Counted from the stretch's first letter, positions 38,759 to 49,183 are shown. The stretch is DNA of 64,000 nt from an uncultured Pseudomonadota bacterium (GCA_963836235.1 CAWIIP010000002.1:928001-992000); one strand, 5' to 3'. Notes: generated by a model from the letters alone, not told the origin. Numbers and translations are program-made.

Positions 38759-39913
38759 TTAGTTTTTAAGTATCTTCTCGTAGGCTTCGAGCATTCGCTT
38801 GGCCATGGAAGTGGATGACCACTTGTCCGCTTCCTCTAAGGTTTCGGATTTCTTCTGTTGATAAAGGGCTTTATCGGTCAGCATCCGATAAACCGCATCG
38901 GCAAATTCATCCTCATTTAACTTTGTTACCAGACCTCCCTTGCCGGAAGCCATCACGTCCTTTATGCCCATCTCTCCAACGGCGACCACGGGGGTTTCGG
39001 CGGCCATAGCCTCAGTCACCACTAATCCTTGGGTTTCCGTAATGGAAGCAAAAACGAAAAGGTCGGACCCCGCATAGCAATCTCGCCAATCTTCTTTGCT
39101 TAAGTAACCGGCAAAATGGACGTAATCGACCATGCCTAGGTCCACAGTCATTTTTTCCAGGTTTTTCTTGGCCGCCCCTTCACCGGCGATCAAGAACTGG
39201 AGATTGGGAACCCGGGGTTTCAATCGATGGACAACCCGCATGAGAAAATCGATATTCTTCTCTTCCGCCACTCGCCCCATGAAAAGGACAACTTGGTCCT
39301 CTGGTTTATACCCCTTCATCTTGCGGAAACGATTCCCATCCTTTTCCTGGAAACGCCCCAACCTGATCCCGGTTGGGATGACTTCAACGGGTTTGGTGAC
39401 GTTGTAACTAAGAAGGACGTTTTGCATTTCAGTGGAAGGGGTTATAAGAAGGTCGCAAGAGTTGCAATAGCGGCGGCTGGCGCTCTTGGCGTACCAGATG
39501 CCAAAGGCCTTCGGAAGAAACCAAAGGTAATGCTCGGTATAGGCCGCGAATAAGGTGTGATAGGTATGTACGACTTTGGCGCCGCTCTGTCGCGCCCACT
39601 TTACCGCTGGCCCGCCGATAGTAAAGGGTGTTTGGGTATGCACAATGTCATATTTGGCGTCGATAAACTGTTGGACCAATTTCTTATCGGCCCAGGGCTT
39701 GCCCAGGCGGTCTTCCGGATCAAAGAAAAGATACCAGGAGGGAAAGCGGAAAATCTTGAGGTGGTCGCTCTCGTCGATGCTGTTGGGATAGGCCGGGGCG
39801 TAAATATGAACCTCGTGCCCCAGTTTTACGAACTCCTCGGCGAATATCTGGGTGGAAGTGGACACCCCGTTGATGCGGGGAAAGTAAGTGTCGGTGACGA
39901 GGGCGATTTTCAC
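38759..39913 (-). CDS. GT4 glycosyltransferase (diacylglycerol glucosyltransferase-like)
   Basis: TDTYFPRINGVSTS, HTYHT, GRVAEEKN, ETQGLVVTEAMA. Confidence 0.92.
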   Translation of the reverse strand: MKIALVTDTYFPRINGVSTSTQIFAEEFVKLGHEVHIYAPAYPNSIDESDHLKIFRFPSWYLFFDPEDRLGKPWADKKLVQQFIDAKYDIVHTQTPFTIGGPAVKWARQSGAKVVHTYHTLFAAYTEHYLWFLPKAFGIWYAKSASRRYCNSCDLLITPSTEMQNVLLSYNVTKPVEVIPTGIRLGRFQEKDGNRFRKMKGYKPEDQVVLFMGRVAEEKNIDFLMRVVHRLKPRVPNLQFLIAGEGAAKKNLEKMTVDLGMVDYVHFAGYLSKEDWRDCYAGSDLFVFASITETQGLVVTEAMAAETPVVAVGEMGIKDVMASGKGGLVTKLNEDEFADAVYRMLTDKALYQQKKSETLEEADKWSSTSMAKRMLEAYEKILKN

Positions 39914-39947
39914 TTAAAACCTTTCAAACAAAAATTCTACGCAGGAA

Positions 39948-40316
39948 TTAATCGCGGCCAGTGACGAGGCACCAACCGATATAAACCAAGGTGGCCAACA
40001 AAACGAACAACAAAGCTGAAACGTAAAAAATTAAAATACTTTTTTCTAACCTGTTCTTTTTATACCTCCACGCCATAAAAACAAAAACAGAAGCTATAAA
40101 CCAAGCTAAAGCCCACACAATATTTAAGTCAGAATGGACAATAAACAATATTGGAAAAACAAATAAATTACCAAAAAAAATAAACCCGATCACTAATGCA
40201 ATTGAGGTAATAACAAATGGTGAAACGAAAAGACTTGCCAATATAAAACTACTTTTTTTAAAAATAACAGTGCCTCTCGGGATATTTTTTTCAATTACGG
40301 CGTGCAAAGTTTCCAT
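39948..40316 (-). CDS. Hypothetical AT-rich small membrane protein
   Basis: 3-4 hydrophobic segments, very low GC; start uncertain (overlaps proS end). Confidence 0.5.
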   Translation of the reverse strand: METLHAVIEKNIPRGTVIFKKSSFILASLFVSPFVITSIALVIGFIFFGNLFVFPILFIVHSDLNIVWALAWFIASVFVFMAWRYKKNRLEKSILIFYVSALLFVLLATLVYIGWCLVTGRD

Positions 40317-42025
40317 TCCTCAGCGGCCATTTCCTTAACCTTTTCCAATACCTGAGCCACCGGAACCTTTGCCGGTTCCTTCTCTCGCCGGCGTTTTACT
40401 TCAATCAAGCCCTCTTTCAATCCCCTGGAACCAACCCGGACGGACAAGGGCATTCCCAAAAGATCGGCGTCCTTAAACTTAAATCCGGCCGAAGCGTCAG
40501 CGCGGTCATCATAGAGAACCTCATAACCAGCCTTCTTTAATTCCTCGTAAAATTGATCAGCAGCTTTGGCCACTTCAGGTTCGGCGGGATTGAGCAACAA
40601 TAGGTGCACCTGGTAGGGAGCGAGGGAGATGGGCCAAAGGATGCCCTCGGCGTCGTTGTGCTGCTCAATTGCCGCTCCCACGGTGCGGGTAACTCCGATG
40701 CCATAACACCCCATCACCGCCTCATGGTCCTTCCCATCCTCGCCTAAATAGACGCACTTCATGGCTTTGGAGTATTTCGTCCCTAGTTTGAAGGTTTGTC
40801 CAACCTCAATTCCCCGTACGATCTTCAGGGGTTTCCCGCATTTAGGACAACCGTCGCCGCTAACCACGCTACGAAAGTCGTTGTACCAAGGGGCGGCGCT
40901 GTCCCGGCTGATTTCCACATGGATTAAATGTTTGTCTTTAGCAAGAGCTCCAGTCACGTAATCATGTCCGTCTTTGAGCGCGTTGTCCGCGAGTATCTTG
41001 ACGCCTTTCAATCCTACCGGACCTGCAAAACCCACGGGAGCACCTGTCACTTCCAGCACCTTCTCGGCGGGAGCCAAAACCAATTCCGTGGCGCCCAAGG
41101 CGTTTTGGACCTTGACCTCGTTGACCTCGTGGTCCCCCCGTACCAGTACCGCCACGGGCTTTCCATCGGCCAGGAAGATCAGGGTCTTAATGAATTGGGA
41201 AGGAGGAAGTTTTAACAAAGCGCCGACATCTTCGACCGTATATTTGCCGGGCGTGTCCACGGTGGAATAGGCTTCCAGAGTGGCTTGGGAAACAGCTGAA
41301 GGCGAGGGAACTCCCACCGCCTTCTCCATATTGGCCGAATAGGAGCAGGCCTGGCACCAAGCGATGGCGGCTTCCCCGCTTTCGGCTAGCACCATGAATT
41401 CGTGGGTAAAGCTGCCGCCGATGAGGCCCGAATCGGCCTCTACGGGCGAAAAGTCCAGTCCACAGCGCTTGAAAATACGCTTATAGGCCTCGTACATCTT
41501 CCAATAAGTCTTGTCGCAGCTTTGTTCGTCCCGGTCGAATGAATAGCCGTCCTTCATGAGGAATTCCCGGCTGCGCATGACACCAAAACGGGGTCGTACC
41601 TCATCGCGAAACTTGGTGGCGATCTGGAAAAGGTTCATGGGCAGCTGTTTGTAGCTTTTGAGCTCCCGGCGCACCATATCGGTGATGACTTCCTCATGGG
41701 TGGGTCCCAGGGCGTAATCGCGGTCGTGACGGTCCTTTACCCGCATCAGCTCCTTGCCGTACTTCTGCCAGCGGCCTGTCTCCTGCCAAAGCTCAGCGGG
41801 CGTCATAATGGGCATCAAGACTTCCTGCGCTCCGCTTCGTTCCATTTCCTCACGGATGATTTGCATGACTTTGAGGATCACCCGCTGTCCCAAGGGCAGG
41901 TATTCGTAAAAACCCGAAGCTACTTTGCGCATGAGCCCGGCTCGGAGCATCAGCTTATGGGAGGGGATTTCCGCCTCGCCGGGGGTTTCCTTGACGGTTG
42001 GAATGAAGGCTTTAGACACTCGCAT
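40295..42025 (-). CDS. proS: Proline--tRNA ligase (with editing insertion)
   Basis: LGPTHEE, FRDEVRPRFG, RGIEVGQTFKLG, MGCYGIG. Confidence 0.99.
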   Translation of the reverse strand: MRVSKAFIPTVKETPGEAEIPSHKLMLRAGLMRKVASGFYEYLPLGQRVILKVMQIIREEMERSGAQEVLMPIMTPAELWQETGRWQKYGKELMRVKDRHDRDYALGPTHEEVITDMVRRELKSYKQLPMNLFQIATKFRDEVRPRFGVMRSREFLMKDGYSFDRDEQSCDKTYWKMYEAYKRIFKRCGLDFSPVEADSGLIGGSFTHEFMVLAESGEAAIAWCQACSYSANMEKAVGVPSPSAVSQATLEAYSTVDTPGKYTVEDVGALLKLPPSQFIKTLIFLADGKPVAVLVRGDHEVNEVKVQNALGATELVLAPAEKVLEVTGAPVGFAGPVGLKGVKILADNALKDGHDYVTGALAKDKHLIHVEISRDSAAPWYNDFRSVVSGDGCPKCGKPLKIVRGIEVGQTFKLGTKYSKAMKCVYLGEDGKDHEAVMGCYGIGVTRTVGAAIEQHNDAEGILWPISLAPYQVHLLLLNPAEPEVAKAADQFYEELKKAGYEVLYDDRADASAGFKFKDADLLGMPLSVRVGSRGLKEGLIEVKRRREKEPAKVPVAQVLEKVKEMAAEEWKLCTP

Positions 42026-42061
42026 TGTTGACCTTGTTCAAATGTTAGTGACGGATAAATT

Positions 42062-42089
42062 AAAAGGGCGGGTCAAATGACCCGCCCTT
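42062..42089 (-). terminator. Terminator-like hairpin between ispG and proS
   Basis: AAGGGCGGGTCA/TGACCCGCCCTT stem with TTTT on minus strand. Confidence 0.75.
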
Positions 42090-42121
42090 CAAGTGATGCA
42101 ATATACAATCAGAAAGACTTT

Positions 42122-43222
42122 TTAGGAAGTCTTGGCTTTATCGATCTCTGCGGCCCGTTTCTTAATCTCCCCGATCAAGTTAGGCACCAGTTCCTCTTCC
42201 TTCAGGCGGGTCTTAACCTCGCCCTTCTCGAAGATGACCCCGTGGCCTTTTTCAGCGCAAAGACCGACATCCGCCTCGGCGCCCTCTCCCAGTCCATTGA
42301 CCACACAGCCCATGATGGCAACCCGCATCGAAGTCTTCATGGTGAGAGTTGCCGTTTCCACGGCGTCCACCATGGATTCCAGGTCCACATGACAACGTCC
42401 ACAGGTCGGGCAAGCCACAATCTCCACGCCTTCCTTCCGGAAACCCATGGAACGAAGCAAATGGGTGGCAACCTTCACTTCCTCGACCGGATCGGCGGTG
42501 AGAGAAACCCGGATGGTATCGCCCAGACCGTCCGCTAAAACCGCGCCCATGCCAGCCGCGCTCTTCGTGATTCCCTGCATTTTGGTGCCGGCCTCGGTCA
42601 CCCCCACGTGAAAAGGATAGTCGCACTGCTCGGCCAAGAGCCGGTAGGATCGAATCATCGTCGGAACATGGGAGCTCTTCACCGAAATGATCATGCCGTA
42701 ATAGCCCAGGGACTCGATGAACTTAATGTGCCGCATGGCCGATTCCACGATGGCTTCGGGGGTTGGGTGACCATATTTTTCGAGCAAGTCTTTTTCAAGG
42801 GATCCCGAGTTGACGCCTACCCTCATAGCCACATTATGTTTTTTACACTTTTCAACCACTTGGGCCAGCCGATCCATTCCGCCGATATTGCCTGGATTAA
42901 TGCGAATCTTATCCGCCCCCTCGTCGATAGCGCCAAGCGCGATCTGGTAGGCAAAATGGATATCCGCCACCAGGGGAACCCGCATCTTGGCCTTGATCTT
43001 GGAAAGAGCCTTGAGGGATTTCTGGTTCTCGACCGTTACGCGAATAATCTCACAGCCCGCGTCTTCGAGGCGCTTGATCTGTTCCAGCGTCTCATCAACC
43101 TCATAGGTAAGAGTATTGGTCATGGACTGGATGGAAATAGGGGCATCCCCGCCCACTTTCACCTTCCCCACCATCACGGGGCGGGTCTTGCGGCGCTGGA
43201 TTTCGTAGAATTGTTCGGCCAT
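42122..43222 (-). CDS. ispG: 4-hydroxy-3-methylbut-2-en-1-yl diphosphate synthase
   Basis: IQSMTNT, PLVADIHF, RINPGNIG, GDTIRVSLT, CPTCGR, MGCVVNG; ATG 43222 behind GAGG. Confidence 0.98.
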   Translation of the reverse strand: MAEQFYEIQRRKTRPVMVGKVKVGGDAPISIQSMTNTLTYEVDETLEQIKRLEDAGCEIIRVTVENQKSLKALSKIKAKMRVPLVADIHFAYQIALGAIDEGADKIRINPGNIGGMDRLAQVVEKCKKHNVAMRVGVNSGSLEKDLLEKYGHPTPEAIVESAMRHIKFIESLGYYGMIISVKSSHVPTMIRSYRLLAEQCDYPFHVGVTEAGTKMQGITKSAAGMGAVLADGLGDTIRVSLTADPVEEVKVATHLLRSMGFRKEGVEIVACPTCGRCHVDLESMVDAVETATLTMKTSMRVAIMGCVVNGLGEGAEADVGLCAEKGHGVIFEKGEVKTRLKEEELVPNLIGEIKKRAAEIDKAKTS

Positions 43223-43328
43223 TTTGTCCTCTAAAAAAATATTAGCCTCAGGAAAATCAAAGGTTCCTAGATTATCCGGCACCTAGTCCCTTGTTTCAAG
43301 AACACAAAATCTCATTAAAATTGAGGCA

Positions 43329-45788
43329 TTACCGTTGTATCAGCAATTTCATGATTTGGTGGTTTTCCGATCCACCGGTCTTGATGTAAAGCGCCACGTA
43401 ATAAAGCCCATTCGCCAGGTTGAGGCTCGCCTTGCCCCAATCCAAGCTGTATTTCCATTGCCCGGCACCGATGGGTAATATGTCGTCCTCGTACACCTTT
43501 CGGCAGGCCAGGGTAAAGATCTTTACCTTCACCTGGTCAGCGGGGCTCGTCAGGTTGTAGTAAAAACTTAGGAGCGTGCCGTCCTTCAGCGGATTGGGAA
43601 AAAGGAGGCCAACATGTTCGGGCGTGGGAGTTGGCGTCGGTGAAAGGGTGGGCGTCGGCGTGACCGTGGGGGTGCAGGTATGACCCGCACCGTCGGTGCA
43701 GGGGGTGGAAGTCATGGTGGGAGTCGGGGTGGTCTGGCGGACGAACTGCAATACCGAGATGGAATAGGGCTGGAAGGTAACGGGGAAGGAACTGGAAGCG
43801 CCTGTGAAGGTGACAGTCGTCGGGGCGGTATCGGGGGCGGCGTGATAAGGCGTAGACCCAGTATTCACCCATTGATAATTCGTCGAATTAAAAGTCCACC
43901 CCTTGGCGTTGCCATTGGGCGTAAAGGGCAGTCCGGTGATCAAGCTATTGTAGATATTCGTGGGGTCCTCGTTGATGACCAGCATGGAAAAAATCCCGTC
44001 GGGCCGATAGTCCGAATAGGCGATAAGAAGGGATGCCGGAGCCCCCGGCCCGCTGATGGCGGTGGAAATAAGCTGATGGGCGTTGGTATCGCCCGGAATC
44101 GCCCAGTCGTTGGTCATCATCTGCATGGCCCAGTAAGTGGCGTGGGGCTGGTACTGATAACCATCGTTGTTGACGTTCAAGTAACCCAGATCGCCCCCGC
44201 CGGAATTGGTTTCATCGCTTCCCCCGTTCAGAGTGTCCCACAGGTTGCTATAACCCCGGCTTCCGAAATCGGCGATGAAATGCCCTAGTGCGTCGGCCAC
44301 CCAAAGCCCGTTGCCCAGTTGCACCTGGAAATTCTCGTCGCTGGGGTCCACGTTATATTCGCTCATCAGAACCGGCACGGTGGTGGGGCTGGCGACACCC
44401 GCGCCGGTAAGCCAGCCGTTTAACTCGCCTGGGTAGGCATCGAGAGTAGAGGTGCTGGCCAAGGCGCTGGCGGCGGAATAACTACCGTAATTGGGATACC
44501 AGTGGTAATCAACGGCATCCAGATCCCCAATAGCCCCTTTCGCGGCCAGGATGCTGATGAAATCCTGCACAACCGAATTCCCGTCGTACATATTGGAAGT
44601 GTCGTCAAAGCCGCCCGCTACTGGGCCGGTAATGATGATGGACACCCCATCGCTGGCGGCTTCCGCCTTCATGGCGTTGTAATATTCAATGTAACGCCGC
44701 ACATAATCCTGAGTGGGAATGGGCCCACCTGTTTCCCAGCTACCCTCGGTTTCATTTCCGATCTGCCAATATTTGATTCTGTATCCTTTGACCGCGTTGG
44801 CGTAATGCACCCAGGCCGCGGCTTCCTGGGGCGTGCCCGTTCCGAAATTGACGGTGATGAGCGGAACAGCACGCGTCGGGGTGAAGGCATTGATATAGGT
44901 CATGTAGGCCGCGAAATCCGTCATCCATGAAAGATTGGTTGTGGACTGGGTGGAGGCGGGGTCCATGCTGGAAACCTCGACTTGGGTCTGGTTCGATCCC
45001 GATGAATTGTTGACCGAAACCTGGGTGCCGGCGCCATAGAGCGTCGCCTCCGCGATGGCATAAGCCCCGCCGGCCCCGGCCGAACTAGCGGTCATCAGCA
45101 CCCGGAAGAATTGGGCCGTCACCCCGGTAAAATTCACCCCCTGGGTTCCCCCTGTGCCCGTCACAGTTGAAATGGTGATCCATTGGTTTGAGGAATTATC
45201 GTCCAAGGGATAGTCCCCGTTGATGGGCCAATATTGGATTTGAAAGGCGGAGGCATAGGGCGTTCCCCAGGTAATGGTAACGGCGCTCACGAAAGCCGGT
45301 CCCGAAAGGTCCAACTCGGCCCATTGCTGGTTGGGAAAATCGGTATCGACATTGGATAACCAAGTAGTGGCGGTATTGCCATCGGTGATCTGGGAAGGTG
45401 AACCGTTACCGGCGGTGGTACCCTCATAGGTCGCGTTATCCGGGAACCCGGTGGTGTAATTGGTATTGTCCGGCACCCAATAACCGCTGGCATTGTAGGT
45501 TCCCGTGCCGTTCCAGTGGTAACCATCCGAGGCGGAGCCGCCTGGGTAGCGTAAAAAATAGTTCCCGGCGGCCTGCACCTTGGGCCGGACATTCAGGTTG
45601 TCCGTATTGCCGATCCAATAGGCCGTATTGTTGCCGAAAATGCTGATGGGATAAAAAGCGGTGAGAGTCGTCGCGGCGTTCACTGTGATAGTGGCGGGCA
45701 TGGTTTGGGCGCTGGAGAAACCGGGCAGGCCCAACACGAAGGCGAGCGTCATTCCCATCGCGAGCGGAGTGGGCCTTTTAAATTTCAT
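43329..45788 (-). CDS. Secreted clan GH-A glycoside hydrolase (GH44/GH51/GH39-like) with inserted discoidin/CBM32-like module and C-terminal sorting domain
   Basis: Signal peptide, LRYPGGS.SD.YHW, YWQIGNE acid/base, YHWYP, LMSEYN nucleophile, ITDGNTATTW..QWAELDL, CTD. Confidence 0.8.
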   Translation of the reverse strand: MKFKRPTPLAMGMTLAFVLGLPGFSSAQTMPATITVNAATTLTAFYPISIFGNNTAYWIGNTDNLNVRPKVQAAGNYFLRYPGGSASDGYHWNGTGTYNASGYWVPDNTNYTTGFPDNATYEGTTAGNGSPSQITDGNTATTWLSNVDTDFPNQQWAELDLSGPAFVSAVTITWGTPYASAFQIQYWPINGDYPLDDNSSNQWITISTVTGTGGTQGVNFTGVTAQFFRVLMTASSAGAGGAYAIAEATLYGAGTQVSVNNSSGSNQTQVEVSSMDPASTQSTTNLSWMTDFAAYMTYINAFTPTRAVPLITVNFGTGTPQEAAAWVHYANAVKGYRIKYWQIGNETEGSWETGGPIPTQDYVRRYIEYYNAMKAEAASDGVSIIITGPVAGGFDDTSNMYDGNSVVQDFISILAAKGAIGDLDAVDYHWYPNYGSYSAASALASTSTLDAYPGELNGWLTGAGVASPTTVPVLMSEYNVDPSDENFQVQLGNGLWVADALGHFIADFGSRGYSNLWDTLNGGSDETNSGGGDLGYLNVNNDGYQYQPHATYWAMQMMTNDWAIPGDTNAHQLISTAISGPGAPASLLIAYSDYRPDGIFSMLVINEDPTNIYNSLITGLPFTPNGNAKGWTFNSTNYQWVNTGSTPYHAAPDTAPTTVTFTGASSSFPVTFQPYSISVLQFVRQTTPTPTMTSTPCTDGAGHTCTPTVTPTPTLSPTPTPTPEHVGLLFPNPLKDGTLLSFYYNLTSPADQVKVKIFTLACRKVYEDDILPIGAGQWKYSLDWGKASLNLANGLYYVALYIKTGGSENHQIMKLLIQR

Positions 45789-45816
45789 CTTGATTGAAAC
45801 TCCCGGTGAAAAAAGA

Positions 45817-45843
45817 AAAGCCGAATCTTATGGATTCGGCTTT
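45817..45843 (-). terminator. Terminator-like hairpin between the two GH-A paralogues
   Basis: AAAGCCGAATC/GATTCGGCTTT stem followed by T-tract on minus strand. Confidence 0.75.
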
Positions 45844-45880
45844 CGGGATTATAACCGCTATTGATTAAAGAAAACTCTCC

Positions 45881-48800
45881 CTATCGAATGACAAGCAGTT
45901 TCATCACTTGTTGGGTACGGGAATCGCCCGTTTTGATGTCGAGTACTACGTAATAAAGCCCGTTGGCAGCGTCCAGGCTATTTAATCCCCAATAGAAAGT
46001 GTAAAGATGCCCGCCGGGAGAGGTCTCCAGGTTATCGTCCTCAAAAATCTTGCGGAAGGCCAGGGTGAAAACCTTCACTTTCACCTCGTCCGTGGTTTCC
46101 GGAACTTGATAGGAAAGTTTCAAAAGCCCTCCGCCCGTGAAGGGATTGGGGAAAACCCCGGTAATGGCCGGAGTAGAAGTGGGGGTCGACGAAGAAGTCG
46201 GAGTGTCGGTGACGGTCGGGCTGCTTGTAGGCGTGTTTGAGGGAGTCGCGGTCATCATCGCGATGGCAATCGTGGCTCCAGCCACGGGCATATTCGCGAA
46301 GAGGACAGCCTGGCCATTCGTTCCAGCTCCGCCTGTTATGCTGAAGGAATAGCTTCCTATCGGCGCGCTATTCGAGAAGTTTGCCACTACTTGATAAGTC
46401 ACCGCCCCGTTACTGGGGGGAATGGTATCCGTGAAATTGAAGGTGGCGGCCGATCCGCTGAAACTGGCGGTGGAAATAACCGTTCCATTGCTTACCAGCG
46501 ATACGGAAGTGATTCCCGTCGGGGAAGTGCCCGACTCGGTCAGGGTCAAACTGCTTAAAGTGACGCTGTTGCCGCCCGGGTTAGTCAGTTGGATTTGCTG
46601 TACCGGGACGCCAACAGCCCCCTGGCCCTGGGTGGAGCCGTTCGGTGGACTGGATCCTTGTGAAGCTTGGACCGTCACAGGCGTTGGAGTAAAGGTAACC
46701 GTGACCGTCGCGGTCGGTGAATTTGTAGGTGTATTCGTGGGGGTAACGGTCGCCAGGGGCGTGGGGGTATAGGTGCAGGTGTTTCCAAAGCCATCCATGC
46801 AGACGGTATTGGTGACAGTGAGAGTAGGAGTGGCACTGGGTGTCGGGCTTGAAGTGGCGGTTGGTGAATCCGTCGGAGTTCCGGTTAAGGTTGGCGTCGG
46901 AGAATTAGTTTGAGAATTGGTAGGGGTTCCGGAGGAAGTGGCAGTAGATGAATTTGTCGGGGTGCCGGTAAGGGTAGCAGTCGGGCTATTCGTGGGTGAA
47001 GAGGTGGGCGTCCCCGTGAGGGTGGCACTCGGAGTATTGGTGGGAGTCTTGGTAGCGGTCGCAGAGGGCGTTCCAGTCGGAGTGCTGGTGGGGATACCCG
47101 AATTGGTGAATTGGATAACGTTGATGGAAGAAGGGCTGAAGGTTACCGGGAAGGAAGTGGAAACTCCCGTCAACAAAGCCGTCGTGGGCGCGGTATCCGG
47201 ATTGGCGTTATAGGGAGTCGTGGTAGTCTGCCAGACGTAATTAGTGGTGTTGAAGGTCCAGGAATTGGCGGTGGTGTTGGGGACAAAGGGGCCGATATTG
47301 AGGGTCGTAGCGTAGGAATTCGTGGAATCTTCATTGACCACCATCAAGGAAAGCACACCGTCCGGGCGATAGTCGGCATAGGAAACCAATGTTGCCGCGC
47401 TACTGGTGGTGTTGACTAATTCGTGGGTGCTGGAATCCCCTTGGATAGCCCAGTCCGTCGCCATCATCTGCATAGCCCAATAGGTGGCGTGTTGCTGGTA
47501 GGGGGAAGAATTGTCCAGGTAACCCAGGTCCCCATCGGTAGCAACGGTATGATCGCTGCCGCCGTTAATCACGTCCCAAAGGTTGGAAAAACCCGTACTG
47601 CCGAAACCTTTAATGAAAGCGCCCAGCCAATCCGCTAGCCAAAGGCCGTTGGCCTCCTGAACAGTGGCATTGGAAGCGACGGCGTTCGCGTTGGAGTTGT
47701 ACTCGCTCATGAGCACCGGAATACTGGAAAGGCTCAAGCCCACCGCGCTAAGCCAGTTACCAAGGGTCACGGGAAAATTGGCCAATTGGCCCGGCGTGGA
47801 AAAACCAGCTGGAAAGGCGGTCAACCCCGGATACCAGTGGAAATCCATCCCACCCAGGTCGGCAATGGCGTTTCCCCCGGGATTGTTGTAAAGCCTCAAA
47901 AGGAAATCCTGAATGTAGCTATTGCTGTCGTAGGCGTTGGACGCGGCGTTGGGGGAACCACTGACCGGTCCTACGATGGTGATAGGCACCCCGTCACTGG
48001 AAGCCTCGGCCTGCATGGCGTTGTAATATTCGATGAACCTTCGGCCATAGTCGTTAGCGTTCATGGGCCCGCCCGTTTCCCAGTTGCCGTTAGTCTCGTT
48101 CCCGATCTGCCAGTAATGGATGCCATAGCTCTTCACCGCGTTGGCGTAATGGACCCAGGAAGCCGCTTCCGAGGGCGTGCCCGTGCCCACGTTGACGGTG
48201 ATCAGCGGAATGCCCTTGGGGGAAAAGGAACTCACTTCGGTCATATAGGTATTGAAGTCAAAAGAAGGCGTGGAGTAGCTGGGGGCAAGAGGTTGTTCGG
48301 GATTGGTAGAGGCGCAGGTTTGGCTGGAAGCCGGATCCATGCTGGAGGCCGTCACGTTGTATTGGTTGGCTTGAGTATTGGGAGGACTGGCATTCTTAAC
48401 GTACTGGGTCGCACCGTTGAAAAGGGAAAGTTCGGCGATGGCGTAGGGGGCTCCCGCCCCGCCCGAACTGGCGGTCATGAGAATACGAATATAACGGGTG
48501 GAAACGGAAGTAAAACTGACGACCTGGGTACCACCGGTGCCCGCCACCGTTCCGGCGGAGGTATTGGTCCAGATGGTTTCGGTGGCGCTGGTATAGGGAG
48601 CGGCATTGGCATTGTCATATTGGACTTCAAAGGAGGTTGCGTAGGGATTTCCCCAGACAATGGAAACGGAACTGACCGCCGTGCCGGTGGCTCCCAGGTC
48701 TATGTAAACCCATTGGTGATCTGGCAAGTCGGTGTCGATATTAGACATCCAGGTGGTGGCGGTATTTCCGTCGTCAATATTGGAAGGATAGGCGTAGCTG

Positions 48801-49183
48801 GTGGAAGTGGTGCCCCGGTAAACAGCGCAGCCCTGCCAGCCAATGGCATAGCTGGTACCGCTTGGCACCCAATAATGGTTGGCGTCGAAGCTGCCGGAAC
48901 CGTTCCAGTGGTAGTCGTCGGAAGAGGAACCTCCCGGATAGCGCAGGAAGTAGTTCCCCGCCGCTTGGACCTTTGCCGCGACCGCGGAGTTGGTGGCGGA
49001 GGAAACCCAATAAGCCATATTGTTTCCGAAAATATGGATGGGCACGAAGGAAGTGATGGTAGAAGCGCCGTTCACGGTGATGGAAGCGGGAGTTTGCGCG
49101 CCGGTGGGGAGAGTCATTCCCAGCAAAAGACAACCCAGGCCGGCAACCAAGAAAATGTTTTTGATTTGGAATTTCGAATTCAT
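45881..49183 (-). CDS. Secreted clan GH-A glycoside hydrolase paralogue with discoidin insert, Thr/Pro linker, Ig-like module and C-terminal sorting domain
   Basis: Same catalytic motifs as 43329..45788 (YWQIGNE, SEYN); long T/P/S linker; CTD ending ANGLYYVVL...MKLLVIR. Confidence 0.8.
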   Translation of the reverse strand: MNSKFQIKNIFLVAGLGCLLLGMTLPTGAQTPASITVNGASTITSFVPIHIFGNNMAYWVSSATNSAVAAKVQAAGNYFLRYPGGSSSDDYHWNGSGSFDANHYWVPSGTSYAIGWQGCAVYRGTTSTSYAYPSNIDDGNTATTWMSNIDTDLPDHQWVYIDLGATGTAVSSVSIVWGNPYATSFEVQYDNANAAPYTSATETIWTNTSAGTVAGTGGTQVVSFTSVSTRYIRILMTASSGGAGAPYAIAELSLFNGATQYVKNASPPNTQANQYNVTASSMDPASSQTCASTNPEQPLAPSYSTPSFDFNTYMTEVSSFSPKGIPLITVNVGTGTPSEAASWVHYANAVKSYGIHYWQIGNETNGNWETGGPMNANDYGRRFIEYYNAMQAEASSDGVPITIVGPVSGSPNAASNAYDSNSYIQDFLLRLYNNPGGNAIADLGGMDFHWYPGLTAFPAGFSTPGQLANFPVTLGNWLSAVGLSLSSIPVLMSEYNSNANAVASNATVQEANGLWLADWLGAFIKGFGSTGFSNLWDVINGGSDHTVATDGDLGYLDNSSPYQQHATYWAMQMMATDWAIQGDSSTHELVNTTSSAATLVSYADYRPDGVLSLMVVNEDSTNSYATTLNIGPFVPNTTANSWTFNTTNYVWQTTTTPYNANPDTAPTTALLTGVSTSFPVTFSPSSINVIQFTNSGIPTSTPTGTPSATATKTPTNTPSATLTGTPTSSPTNSPTATLTGTPTNSSTATSSGTPTNSQTNSPTPTLTGTPTDSPTATSSPTPSATPTLTVTNTVCMDGFGNTCTYTPTPLATVTPTNTPTNSPTATVTVTFTPTPVTVQASQGSSPPNGSTQGQGAVGVPVQQIQLTNPGGNSVTLSSLTLTESGTSPTGITSVSLVSNGTVISTASFSGSAATFNFTDTIPPSNGAVTYQVVANFSNSAPIGSYSFSITGGAGTNGQAVLFANMPVAGATIAIAMMTATPSNTPTSSPTVTDTPTSSSTPTSTPAITGVFPNPFTGGGLLKLSYQVPETTDEVKVKVFTLAFRKIFEDDNLETSPGGHLYTFYWGLNSLDAANGLYYVVLDIKTGDSRTQQVMKLLVIR

